Below are positions 37,301 to 49,576 of a DNA stretch of 64,000 bases, one piece after another; the first letter of the stretch is position 1, and each line of letters opens with the position of its first letter. The notes beneath the pieces were generated by a model, which worked only from the letters and a program-made list of their open reading frames with translations, ran no database searches and was not told the DNA's origin. This DNA is from Scenedesmus sp. PABB004 (taxonomy: Eukaryota), in contig JABVCE010000037.1 in assembly GCA_014905635.1 (NCBI GenBank), positions 186,001-250,000 on the forward strand. The letters run 5' to 3'. The position numbers were made by a program, and so were the translations under genes.

Positions 37301-38740
37301 ACGCGCCCCGCGCCGCGCCGCGGCGCGGCGCCGCGCCCGCCGCCCGCCGCCGCGCAGGTCCCGTCCGACCGCTACCAGGGCGTCGCGGCGGCCAAGCTCG
37401 TCGCGCGGCGCGGCGCGCGCGTGGTGGGCCTGGCGTACGAGGACAATGCATACGGCTACGGCCTGGCCTTCAACTTCATTGCCGGCTTCACGAACGGCGC
37501 GCGGCGCGGGAGCGGGACCGGGAGCGCGGCGCGGCACGCGGGACACACGCGGCGCCCGCGCGCGGGCGGCCGAGCACGGGGCTCGGCCGACCCCTGCCGC
37601 CGACCCCCGCCGCCGCCCGCCCGCGCCGTCCCGCCACGCCGCCGCCGCCGCGCAGCCGGCGGCAGCGTGCCGGTTGTGTACTCGTTCAAGAGCGGCGAGG
37701 CCAACGCGACGGACGCGGTCGACAAGATGCTGTTTGGGCGCAAGTACAAGCGCCCGCCCATCCAGGCCGTGTTCATTGCCACCAACGACCTCCGCTTTGT
37801 CTCAGGTGCGGCCGGCCAGCCGGCGCTGGGGCCGGCCCAGCCCGGGGCTCCGCCGCACCCCCGGGACAGTTGTGCTCCGCCGCACCCCGGCGCGCGCGCT
37901 CACGCCGCGCCGCCGCCGTTGCTTCGCGCGCCGCCGTGGCAGACTTTGCCGCGGCCGCGGTCGCTGCCAAGCTCGACCTGCCCCTGTATGGCGGCGACTC
38001 AACGTCCGATGCGACGGTCTGGTCCAACCTCGCGCAGGCGGCGAGCCCCGCGGCCGCGCAGAGCGCGCTGGGCACCTTTATCTCCACCCTGCCCGCGCCC
38101 GGGCCCGACAGCTTCGCACAGGCGCGGCGGCGGCGGGGGCGGCAGCGGTGGCGGCCGGGCCGGGGCGCTCTGGGGCGGTTGAGCGCTCTCGGGTGGTCAG
38201 GCGGCCAGGGCTGGCGGGTCGGGTGACGGCCGCGGCCTGCGCGCGCCGCCGGCTCCCCTGCCGCCGGCCGCCCGCCTGGCCCCCTTAACCCTGGTCGTTT
38301 GCCTGGTCGCAGGCGTTTGCCAAGTTCAGCCCCGGCACCACGTACCAGTCATTCTCTGCGCAGGCCTACGACGCGACGGACGCGCTGCTGCGCGCGCTCG
38401 CGGCGGCGGGCCCGCCCTTCGCCGGGCCCGCCGTGGTGGCGGCGCTGCAGAAGCAGAAGTTTGAGGGTGCGCGCCGCGCCGCGGCCGTGGCCGCGGCCGG
38501 CTGGCCGCGGCCGGCTGCCTGCGCCGCGCGCGCGCCGGCGCCACGCGCGCGCGCCGACGCCGACGCCGGTGCCGCGCGCCCCGCCCCGCCTCCGCCGCGC
38601 CGCCAGGCATGACGGGGCCGGTCGAGTTTGATGCCTTTGGTGACCTGCGCCCCCACGCCAAGGCGTACGCGTGGACGCAGTTCGACCCCAAGACCGGCCA
38701 GCCCGTGGTCAAGGGCCTCGCGCCGTTTGAGAGACGCTGA
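34397..38740 (+). CDS. Secreted protein with an HRGP-like (ASPAP)n stalk and a type-1 periplasmic-binding (LIV-BP / ANF-receptor-like) domain
   Basis: Signal [46 protein letters not shown]...[68 protein letters not shown]; stop at 38740. Confidence 0.85.
35361..35840 (+). repeat. 15-bp coding tandem repeat GCGAGCCCGGCGCCG (ASPAP), ~30 copies
   Basis: Directly visible in the DNA and in ORF 34479..36551. Confidence 0.95.
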
Positions 38741-39022
38741 GCCGAGCTGGACCGAGCTGAGCCTGACCGAGCTGAGCCTGCAGCATGCCGCTGGCACGGC
38801 ACCGCCGCTGCCGCCCACCGACCCTGACGACGCACACGGCGCGACGCGCCCATTCACTGGGCGGCTTCTGACCGCGGCTGGAGGAGGCGGACCGGGGGGG
38901 CTGGGTGCACAACATGTGAATAAGCGCGGTTGCTGGTGCTGGCGCTGGCCTGGCCTGCGCGTGGACTGACCATCGGTCACGCATGCCCTCGAGATGAAAC
39001 TGGAAACTGCTCGTTCCTTGCC

Positions 39023-40430
39023 TCACCCCGACCCCGCGCCCGCCGACGTCGCTGCCTCGGCCGCCTCGGCCTGCAGGCGCTTGCACACGGCCTTGTGCCC
39101 CGCCCGCCAGTACGCTTTGTGGCAGGCAGGCCCGCACACGCGCACCACGCAGCAGCCCGAGCACACGCAGCTCGAGCCGCGCGCCAGCGCCGCCTCGCTC
39201 AGGCCCGCCAGGTTGGCGCAGGCCGGGTTGGAGCACGCGCTGCGCAGCGGCAGCGCGCCGGACACCGCGCCGCCCAGCGCGGCCAGCTGCGCAGCCAGCG
39301 CCGGGCCGACAGCCGTGCGCAGCACATCCAGACACTCTGCTGCGTCGCCGCCGCCCTCTCTAACCGTCTGCAGGTGCTCCCGCGCTGCTGCAAGCGCGTC
39401 GCTCGCCGCCGTCGCCTGCTCCACCAGGGGCGCCAGCACCAGCGGCGGCAGCAGGCGCGCGCCGAGGCCGCTGGCGCTGCTGCCCGCCTGGCCGGTCACC
39501 GCTGCTGCGGGGCCGCCCTCCGCGAGGCGGGGCAGGGACGCGGCCAGCCAGTCCACGCTCGCCTGCGGTCGTTGAGAGCGGCAGTCAGGATGCTGGAGGT
39601 GAAATCGGCGCTGCCAGCATCTGAGCCGATGTCAGGGCCGGCCTCTGCGCCAGCCGGCGGCGCCAGCACCCGCCCTGCCAGCGCGAGGGCGCGCCGCCAG
39701 CGCCAGCCAGGGCGCCAGCTCGTCACAGCCGACACTGCCGCTGCCGCGATCCGCGGCGAGGGCGGCCAGCGCTGCGCCGAGCGTGGCGCCCGCCTGCCCC
39801 GCCGTGGCTGATGCAGTGCTGACAATGACAGAGACCGATGATGCTGCATGAAGCTTGCTCGTTGTCAAGTCAGCAAGCGAGGCGTCCAGCTCCGCTGCCA
39901 GCGGCCCAGCGGCGGCCACCAGCGCTGACCGCAGGCCTGCGCGGTGCGGGGCGGCGAGCTGGCAAACCGTCTGTCGGGCAGCGCCAGCTCAGTGTGCTGC
40001 TGGCCCGGCCGCGCCCGGGCGCGCCACCCACCCTGCTAGCGCAGCTGCTGCAGCAGTGCCTCCTTGTCGCTGCCGCGTGGGAAGACTGCCATGTTAATGT
40101 GCACAGCCAGCGCCCTCAGCAGCCCCGCCGCGAACGCGGTGTTGGGTCTGTGCCGCCCGCCGCCTGGCTCCGCCAGCAGCGCCAGGCCGCGCACTGCCGC
40201 GCGGCCAACCAGTGGCAGCACGCGCAGCACGGCCGGGCCGCAAAGCCGGCAGGGTCGGGCGCCGGGGCTGGCTCCCACTGCTCCCACGCTGCCACCATGC
40301 GTGTGCAAGCATGGTCAACGGCGGTCGCCAGCGCCCCGAACGCCGCCAGGTCGGGCGCCGCCGCCGCGCGCTCCAGCAGCGCCGAGGCCTCCGCCGCCCG
40401 GCGCCGGTCGGCGGCGTTGCCGCGCGGCAT
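39023..40430 (-). pseudogene. Degenerate MYND-type zinc-finger gene, copy 1 (frameshifts, internal deletion)
   Basis: CSNPACANLAGLSE...CSGCCVVRVCGPACHKAYWRAGHKAVCKRL. Coding similarity to copy 2 is split over several frames (ORFs 40116, 40036, 39632, 39023). Confidence 0.75.
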
Positions 40431-41054
40431 GCTGCGCACCGCGGGGGCTGCGGGGAGCAGGGAGTCAGCACAGCAGCGGTCGGCGGGCAGGGGCAGGGGC
40501 GTGAGCAGTGGCCTGCCGCGCGATGCGGCGCGACGCCGCGGCGGCGGAGCAGCTGCGCGCGCCCTCGCCGGCCTGCCGCCTCACGTCGCACGCCGCGCTG
40601 CAACACACACCCGATAGGCTGCGAGGGCAGGCACGCCGGCCAGCGCGCGGGGCGCGCAGGCGTGGGGAGCAAAGGGAATCAGGCTGCAGGCGGCCCTGGG
40701 CGTGGCGTGGGCGTGGGTCTGGCGGGGCTTGGCAGTCGGGGCCTCAAAGATCTGGCGGTGGCGCAAGGCGCGGGGCGCGCAGGCGCGGCACTGGGCCGGG
40801 GCGGCCGCAGGCACCGGCGGCGGCGCTGCTGCCGCTGCTGCTGCGGCGCGGGCGCCGGCTGGCAGCGCAGGCGCGTGTGTGCCTGCGGGCGCGTGTGGCC
40901 CTGAGGGTGATCGGCGCGGCGGGCTCAGGATGAACAGCGCTGCGAACGCCGCGCCGGAAAACCACCGCCGCCGCGTCGGCCCGGGCCCGCTCTGCGTTTG
41001 ATTGACAGGCCCAGCGCTGCCCCGATCAGTACTGCCAGCCCGGCTCCTTCAAAC

Positions 41055-44000
41055 ATGATGCTCAGCCGGGGCCGCGCGCCTGGGGTCGCGGGCAACGCCC
41101 GCAGCGCGCGGGCCCGCGCCGCGCGCTGGGGCTGCGCGGGCGCGACGCACGGCGCGGCGCGTCGGGTCGGCCGGAGCACGCATGACACCTCCGCGCGAGC
41201 GCAGGTGGATGCGCGGCGGTGCTGCGCAGCAGCTGCTGCCGCTGTCCACAGCCCTGCCTGCGCGCCGCGCAGGCCGCCGATGCGGCAGCCGTGGAGGGCA
41301 GCGCGGAGGAGCTGGTGCCGCGGCTGCCGCCCGCAGCGGGGCCGGTCATGGTGCGCGGCCGCCGCGGCGTCGGCGCGCTTGGGCGGCCCTGCCGAGCGCG
41401 GCGTGCGCTCGCCGGCCCCGCCCAGCCGCGCCGCCGCGGCCGCCGCCCCCGCCGCCGGCGCTCCCCGCGCGCAGGTTTGGTTCAAGCACGACCTGCGCGT
41501 CGGCGACCACCCGGGCCTGCTCGCCGCGCTGCGCTCCGGCGGGGAGGAGGCACTGGTGGTCCCCTTTTTCTGCCTCGACCCTGACCTCTACTGCTCCCTC
41601 GCCCTCACGCCCGCGGGGCCCGCGAGTGAGCGCGCGCGCCGCCCCGGGGGCGGCGGCGGCGGCGGCGGCGGTCGCGGCGGCGGCGTTTGCGGCTGCGGCA
41701 GCGCCGCCCACGCGCCGCCGACGCGCCGCGCCGCAGCGCTGCTGGCGGCGCTGACGCGGCTGCGAGCCGAGCTGCGCGCGCTCGGGAGCGACCTGGTGGT
41801 GAGGCTGGGCCCGGCGCCGACAACGTGCGCCGCGTTTGCCGGCTTGGCGGGCGTGACGCGCATCGTGACGGAGCGCGAGGCGGAGAGCAGGTGCGGCCGA
41901 CGGGCGCACAGCAAGCAGCGCAGCCGCGGCCAGCAACCAACGGACGGGGGCCCCGACGCCGCGCCGGGCGACGCCGCGCCGGTCGCCACCGCCGCCGCCG
42001 CCGCCGGCGCCAGGTGGCTCGAGGCGTGCCACGGCCTGTCGGACCGGCTCGCCGCGGCCGGCGTGCCCGCGCGCATCACCACCTGGACGGCGCCCGTGTG
42101 GCGGCAGGGCGCCTTCGACCCCAACTTTGGCGCCTGGCGCGAGGCGCGCGGTGAGGCGCTGGACCCGCTCGCCGCGCCGTGCGCGCTGCCGCCGCTGCCG
42201 GCTGGCATCGAGCCGGGCGCGCTGCCGGAGCTGGAGCGGCTGGAGGCGCTGCTCGGCAACTGGCTCGCCGCGGCGCGCCCGCCGAGCGCGCTCGGCAGCC
42301 GGCCCGGCAGTCCCGCGCCGCCCGGCAGCCGGCCGGGCAGCCCGGTGCCGGCGGCGCGCCGCGGCGGCGGCGGCGGCGCGTGGACCGGCGAGCGCGGCGC
42401 GGCGCGCGAGGCGGTGCTCGCTGGCATGCTGTCCGAGCCGGACGCCGCGGCGCACGCGCCCGACGCGCGGCGCATCGCGGAGCTGCTGCTGCTCGCCGGC
42501 GGCGATGCGGGCGGCGGCGCTGGCGCCGGCAGCGGCCCAGACACCGGCGTCGCGGGCACCAGCGGCGGCGGCGGCGTGTCGGCTGAGGACGTCCTGCGAG
42601 CGTACCTGGTGGCTGACGGCATGACGCCGCCCGATGCGCGGCTCGCGTTCATGCGTGGCGCGGTCGCCGCGCTCGAGGGCCCCGCCGCGCCCGGGGGCAG
42701 CTTCCCCGCGCTGCTCGGCCCGCTGGTCGGGCTCGGCGCGCTCTCGCCGCGCCAGGTGCGGCGCGGCGCGCTCGCGGCCGAGGCGGCGCGCTGGGGCGGG
42801 AGGGTTCCGCCGTTTGGGCCCGGCACCGCGACCGGCAGGGCCGCGCTGGACGCGGTGGAGCTGGCGGACTTTCACAGGTGTGTGTTTGTGCGCGCGCGTG
42901 TGCGGCGAGGCGTGCGCGGGCCGAGGGGCGTGCCCGCCGCGACGGGCCGCGGAGCGGTCGCGGCCGCGCCCGCCGCCGCCACCGCAGCCGCCGCCTCGAC
43001 CGCCGCCGCCGCCGCCGCGTGGCAGGCAGCTGGCGGGGCACATCCCCCAGGAGGGCGACGCGCCGCCCGCGCCCGGCGGCGGCAGCCCCGGCGCGACGGG
43101 CAGCTGGGCGGACGCGCCGGTCGCGTCGGCCACGGCGAGCTACGAGGAGGGGCCGGACGGCGTGGAGCAGTGGGGCGTCGCCGACTGGCCGGCCGGCGTG
43201 CCGCGGCGCTGCAGCTGGCGCTGGCGCGGCGCGCTCACAGGTGGGGCGGGCGGGCCCAGGGAGGGGGCGCGCCGCCGCGGCGGCGCGCCGCCGCGCGTCG
43301 CCACCACGCGCCCGCTCGCCCTCGCACGCCCCGCCGCCCCTCCCACGCTCAATCTGCCCCCCCCCCTGCCCCCCCCACACACACACCCAACAGACTATTG
43401 CGTCGTCGAGCCGCCCACCCCCCGCCCCGGCGCGCCCGCCATCGTGCTCGTCCATGGCTTCGGCGCGTTTGGCGACCAGGCGAGCGCGCGCGGCAACAGC
43501 CCCTCGCCGCCGGCCATGCCCACGGCCGCCGCCGCCGCGTCCCGCCCCCCTGACCCCGCAGCCCCCTGAGCCGCCCCCAGCCCTGAGCCCTGAACCCTGA
43601 CCCCCGCCTCGCCCCGCAGTGGCGCTTCAACCTCGGCCCGCTCGCGGCCGCCGGATTCCGCGTCTTTGCGCCCACGCTGCCCGGCTTTGGCCGCAGCGAG
43701 AAGGCGGCGCTGCCGTACAGCCAGAACGCGTGGCGCGACTTTGTGCGGTGCGCGCGTCCGCCGCCGCGCCGCCCCCGCGCGGCGGATCCTCTGCCCACGC
43801 GGTCCCCCGCTCGCCGCCCCTCCTCGCGCACGCTCTCGCGCCCACTCCCTATCTATCTCCCTATCCCACTCCCCCCCCCCACACACACACACACCCACAC
43901 CCACACCCACACGCCCGCACCCACACCCACACCCACCCACGCACACACACACCCCGCACCCCCTCCCACACCCACGCACACACGCGCACACACGCAGCGA

Positions 44001-45546
44001 CTTCCTGGTGTGCGTCGTCGGCGAGCCCGCGGTGCTGGCTGGAAACTCCATCGGCGGCTTCATCGCCGCCAGCACTGCCGCCGACTACGCGCCACTGGTG
44101 GCGGGCCTGGTGCTGGTCAACGCGGCGGGGCCCATCGCGCCCGGCGCAACCGACGACAGCGTCGCGGCCGCGGCGGCCGAGGTGAGCGTGCGGCGCGCCC
44201 GGGCGCCGCCGCCGCGCCGCCGCCGCGCCGCCGCCGCCGCCTGCGTGTGACGCGCGCGCCGCGCCGCGCCGCGTGTTGCGCAGGTCAAGCGCCCGCCGCC
44301 GGCGTGGGTCGTGCGCGGCGCGACGTGGGCGCTGATGACCTACCTCCGCACCAGCATCGCCAAGCAGCTCGCCTGGCTGTGCGTGCTGCTCGGCGCGCGC
44401 GCGCGCGCGCAGCGCCTGCCGCCCACGCGCCCGCACCGCCGCACTCCTCTCCCTGCCGCACCCGCACGCACCTGCCCACCCGCCCACACGCGTCCACCCG
44501 CACCCACCCGCCCGCCTGCACACAGGTACCCAACCAATCCCGCCAACGCCGACGCGTGGCTGGAGGGGGAGATCTACAGGCGCGCTGCACGCCCCCCCCC
44601 CTCCCCGCCGCACCGCGCCGCACCGCGCCGCGCCGCACTCCGCGCCGGCTGAGCCCCCGCGGCGGCGGCGCCGCCGCGGCGCGCGCGGCGCGCGCGCGCC
44701 CCGCCGCCGCCGAGCCCTCGCCGCGCCCGCCGCGCCGCCGTCCCGCCGCCGCGGCGGGCGCAGGGCGTCGTGCGACGCGCGGTCGGCGGACGTCTTTGCG
44801 TCTGTCTTCTACCTCCCCCGCCCCCGCCCGCTCAACTACCTCGTCTCCCGCCTCTTCAAGGGGCCCACCGGTGCGCGCGTGCGCCGCCGCGCCCGCGCCG
44901 CGCCCGCGCCGCGCCCGCGCCGCGCCCGCGCCGGCGCGGGCCCGCGCGGGCCCGCGCCGGCGCCCGTCCGCCGCCGCCGCCGACCGACGGTCCGCACCCG
45001 ACCGCGACCGCGCACGCGCGGCGGCGGTGCGGCGCGGTGCGGGGCTCGCGCAGGCGTGGTGCAGGGCGTGCTGGACCCGCTCAACGACGCCGGCGGCCGG
45101 GCGGCGCTGCTGCGCGAGACCTGCCCGGGCCTGCGCGTCTGGCAGCTGCAGGCGCGCGCGCGCGCGGGGCGCGTGCGGGGCGCAATCACATCGCGGGCCG
45201 CCGCTGCCCCCCCCCCCCCACACACACACACACATACACCCCCCCCCCCCCACACACACACACCCACACACCCACACACACACAAGCACACACCTCGGGC
45301 GCCGCGCGCGCGCAGGCGGGGCACTGCCCGCACGACGAGGTGCCGGAGCAGGTCAACGCGGCGCTGCTGGAGTTTGTGGAAACCATGGTCCTGCAAGGCG
45401 GCGGCGCCGGCGGCGGCGCCGCGCTGGGGGCGCGGCGCGCGGGGCGGCTTCGGCGAGCGCGGCGGCGGGGCAGTGAGCGCGCGGGGAGGCGCGCGGCTGC
45501 AACCGCCGTGTTGGGTGCTGCCGCCTGCCGCGTCGGCCCATGCTAG
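41055..45546 (+). CDS. DNA-photolyase N-terminal-like domain fused to an alpha/beta hydrolase (plant At4g25290-like architecture)
   Basis: VWFKHDLRVGDHPGL and LRAELRALGSDLVVRLG (photolyase N-terminus); IVLVHGFGAFGDQW, APTLPGFGRSEK, LAGNSIGG, QGVLDPL, AGHCPHDEVPEQVN (hydrolase). The stop position is approximate. Confidence 0.85.
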
Positions 45547-46152
45547 AGCGGCTGGCCGCGGCGACGGCCCGTCCGGCAGGCCGCGCGCCGGGCTGCAGAG
45601 AGCCACCGGCGCGCGGCGACCGGGGAAGCGTCGGGGCGGCGGTTCTGGGCGCCCTTGCGCCGCCGCCGCTCCGCTGCGGTGCGGGCTCGCCCGTGTGGCG
45701 CGTCCGCACACACAGGCGCTGGTCGGCGCCCGCGCCACAGCCGCCGCCGCGTGTTCACGCCGCGGCGGCGCCGCCCGCGACCCCGCGACCCCGCCTGGCC
45801 CCGCGCCCGCGCGCCCCGCGCCTTGCTCCAACGCCGACTCTGAGCGGCCCTGACCGCGGGGCTGCGGACGACCCGGGCCCAGCCGCCGCGTGCGGCTTGG
45901 GCGCGCCGCGCAGCGCCGCCGCTGCCTGCGCCGCCCCGCGCGCTGGCCGGGTGCGCGGTGCGGCGCCGCAGCGCCCCTGGCGCCGCTGGGTCGGGCGGCG
46001 GGCGGGCGGCGGGCGCAGAGCAATGCTGCTCCGCCGCACGTGGCCGCGGCGCCGCGCTCGCCGCCCTGCGGCAGGCACCTGCTGCTGCTCACGCTCCTGC
46101 CCGCCGCCTGCTGCTGGCGGGCTCCTGCTCCGCAGCCCCCCGGCGCACACAC

Positions 46153-48871
46153 ATGCCGCGCCCCAACGCCGCCTACCGGCGCCGGGCGGCGGAGGCCTCG
46201 GCGCTGCTGGAGCGCGCGGCGGCGGCGCCCGACCTGGCCGCGTACGGGGCGCTGAGGCCCGCCATGGATCCGTTGTATGACTGCGTCATGGCAGCGTGGG
46301 AGCAGTGGCAGGCAGCCTCGGCACCCGACCCCGCCGGCTTTGCGCCCGACCCGGTCGTGCTGCGCGTGCTGCCGCTGCTGGACCGCGGCGGCGCGGGGCC
46401 TGGCGCTGCTGACGGCGGCGGGCAGCTGGGGGCGCAGCCGGCAGCGCAGCGAGGGTTTTAGGGTTGCTGCTGTCGGCGCTGGGGATGACAGTCAAGCGCG
46501 CAGCCTTCCGGCGCGGCAGCGACAAAGGCGGAGCTGCTGCAGCAGCTGCGCGAGCAGGGTGGTTGCCGCCCCTGGGCGCGGTCGGGCTAGCAGCGCGCTG
46601 AGCTGGCGCTGCCTGACTGACGGCTCACTCGCTCGCTGCCGCCCCGCGCTGCGCAGGCCTGCTGTCAGCGCTGGTGGCCGCCGCTGGGCCGCTGGCGGCG
46701 GAGCTGGAGCAGGACATGCAGGGGCTGGAGGAGCAGCAGCTGGAGGACCGCAGCGGCCTGCGTATCCTAGGCGGCATTTCAAAATCCATCCTGCAACTCT
46801 GGTACGCTCTGGTGGATGCAGAGGCGACGAGGCCCAGCGCCGTGCTGATGGCCCAGCTGGCTCCAATCGCACGGCTCGCTGCTGCGTCGCTGCGGGGGCG
46901 GGTGGTGCATTCGGCTGCCAGCGCCTCCTGCCAGGCCGACGCAGGCGGTACTCAGGCGGTACTGGTACCAGTGCAGGCAAGGCGGTCGCTGCTGTGCGGG
47001 TGATCACTGGGATCGCCAGCATGGCGCTTGCGTGGCTGCAGGAGGACGCACAGGACGGCGGCCCTGGCAGCGAGCTCGCCCCAGCATTGGACGTCGCCGT
47101 CACAGACCGGCACGTGCAGTTCTGTCTGTTCACAACGCTCGCTGCGTCGACGGCCAGCACTGAGCAGCAGCAGGGCGGGAACAGGCCCGCAGGGGCAGCG
47201 GCGGCAGCAGGCGGCAGCGGCCAATTGCGCTGGGGGCGGCCGTGGGGCGGCTGCTGGCGGCGCTGGGTCTCGAGGGGCTTGAAGGACTGCTTGAGCTGCA
47301 GACGTTCAAAGCATTCCTTCCAAGTTGGGTATCAGTTACCCTCATTTTTATGCTCGGGCGCGCTGCCATCGATCAGGGCAGCGACGAGGGGAGCCTGGCC
47401 AGCGCCCACGAGCTCCGCGCCTCGGCGGCGGCGGCGGTCGGCGTGCTCGTGCAGGTGTGTGTGCTCGCGCCTGACCTGCTGGAGCTCAACAATTGCTTGC
47501 ACGCCCTGGTGGCTGCCGTGCGCACTGCAGGGCTGGAGACTGGGCTCGCCTGCCTTGGCGACGCACAAGCAGCGCGCCTGGTGCCCGGCGCGCTGCTGAG
47601 CAGGCTGCAGCGCGCAACCGCTGAGGAGCGGGCGCAGGGCTCTAACCAGCGCTGCGCAGCCACCCTGCTGCGGCTGCTGGCGGAGATGTTCTGCGCAGGT
47701 GGGCGCGTGTGCAGGGCATGGTGGCAGCTGTGTGCCGCAGCTGGCGGTGCTTATGCATGCTCACGCCGCCGCTGCCGCCGACGCCGCCATCACCGCCGCT
47801 GCCACCCCGCCCAGGCCCCACCAAGGCTGTGCTGCTGGTGAAGCTGGCGAAGCAGCAGCCGGGGTCGGCCGCCGCAGGGGCGGAGGCGGCGCTGCGCACA
47901 GCTGCAAACCACCCTCACGCTCAGGTGGCACCGGCTGTGCTGTCGGCGCTGTGCACGAAGCCGTGCGGGCTGCAGCCCACGGCGGCGCTGGTGGCGCTGC
48001 TCACCACGGCCCTCAAGGTGGCGGCCGCGCAGGCCGGCGGCGACAGCGACGCGCGGGCAGCCGCTCTTGCGGCCGCCACCCAGTGCGCAGCCGCGGTGCC
48101 CTGCCTGCTGAGGGACCGGCAGGCGGCCGGCCCCAGCAGCGGCAGCAGCGACAGCAGCACCAGCTACGACGAGCTGGCGCCCTGGCTGGCGCTGGCGGCG
48201 CGCGCCCTGGCGCTGGCGGGGCAGGTGCTGGCGCCGCCAGCTGGCGCGGACGCCGGCCCTGCCGTCGGCTCACATGCTGGCAGCGCCGAGTTCGTCCCCG
48301 GCAGCCTTACCGCCGCTCTCAGCGACCTGCAGGCGGGCGCGGACTGGCTGGCAGCTTCCCTGCCCCGCCTCGCGGAGGGCGACGCCGCAGCAGCGATGAC
48401 CGGCCAGGCGGGCAGCACCGCCAGCAGCCTCGGCGCGCGCCTGCTGCCGCCGCCTGTGCTGGCGCCCCTGGTGGAGCAGGCGGCGGCGGCGAGCGAGGCG
48501 CTGGCGGCCGCGCGGGAGCGCCTGCAGGCCGCTGGGCCGGGCAGCGGCAATGCAGCGGAGCGGCTGCCCGCGCTGCGCACGGCTGTCGGCCCGGCGCTCG
48601 CGGCGCAGCTGGCCGCGCTGGGTGCTGCGGTGTGCGGCGTGCTGCCACTGCGTCGCGCGTGCTCCAACCCCGCCTGCGCCAACCTGGCGGGCCTGAGCGA
48701 GGCGGCGCTGGCGCGCGGCTCGAGCTGCGTGTGCTCGGGCTGCTGCGTGGTGCGCGTGTGCGGGCCTGCCTGCCACAAAGCGTACTGGCGGGGGGGGGGG
48801 GGGGGCACAAGGCCGTGTGCAAGCGCCTGCAGGCCGAGACTGAGGCAGCGAGGGGCGGGGGGCCTGGCTGA
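46153..48871 (+). pseudogene. MYND-type zinc-finger gene, copy 2 (longer, apparently frameshifted)
   Basis: Starts MPRPNAAYRRRAAEASALLERAAAAPDLAA, homologous to copy 1. The MYND motif at ~48655-48835 is interrupted by a 16-G run (48790-48805). Confidence 0.7.
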
Positions 48872-49234
48872 GACGGCTGGCGGCGGCTCGCGTGCGGCTG
48901 TGCAGGCGACGCGCGGGCGCCGGTGCGTGAGTTGAGCGCTGCTGGCGCGTGGCGAGCTGTGACCTCGTGCAGCGCCCGCCGCCGACGCCGCCCGGCCGCC
49001 ATGGCCGCCCTCGCCCGCTTCGCCGTCTGCAGAATGCGCCTGAGGCGGCGGGCGGAAAAGTCAACGGTCAAACTGTCAAACTGCCGCCGCGCCCCGCCGC
49101 GCCCCGCCGCCCGCTGCTCCTGCGCCCGCCGTCGGCGGCCCGGCGCGCACACAGCCTTCCTTCTCGGCTACGTGCAAAGACACACACTCCTCAGGCAGCC
49201 AGCCGCGCAGGCGGGCAGCGGCGCTCGCATCGCG

Positions 49235-49544
49235 ATGTCCGCGTTCACCAGCCTCGAGCTGGGGCGCGACCCCAAGGAGCTGGCGGCGGGAGAGCTGAGC
49301 CTCAAGCACAACCCACTGCTCGTGAGCATCATGGACGGCTGCGAGACGCTCAAGGCGCTGCAGGCCAAGACCAAGCTCACGCCCGAGCACATCGCGGGCG
49401 CCAAGGGCCTGGTGCTGCTCCGCACGGACAAGGTCGGCGGCCCGGCCAGCAGCAGCGCGACCCCCACAGCCCTACCGCCGCTGCGGCGCCCCGCGGGCGA
49501 CCGTGCGCCGCGCAGCGCGTGCCGGCGGCGCGGTCAGCGCTGCT

Positions 49545-49576
<32 letters not shown>

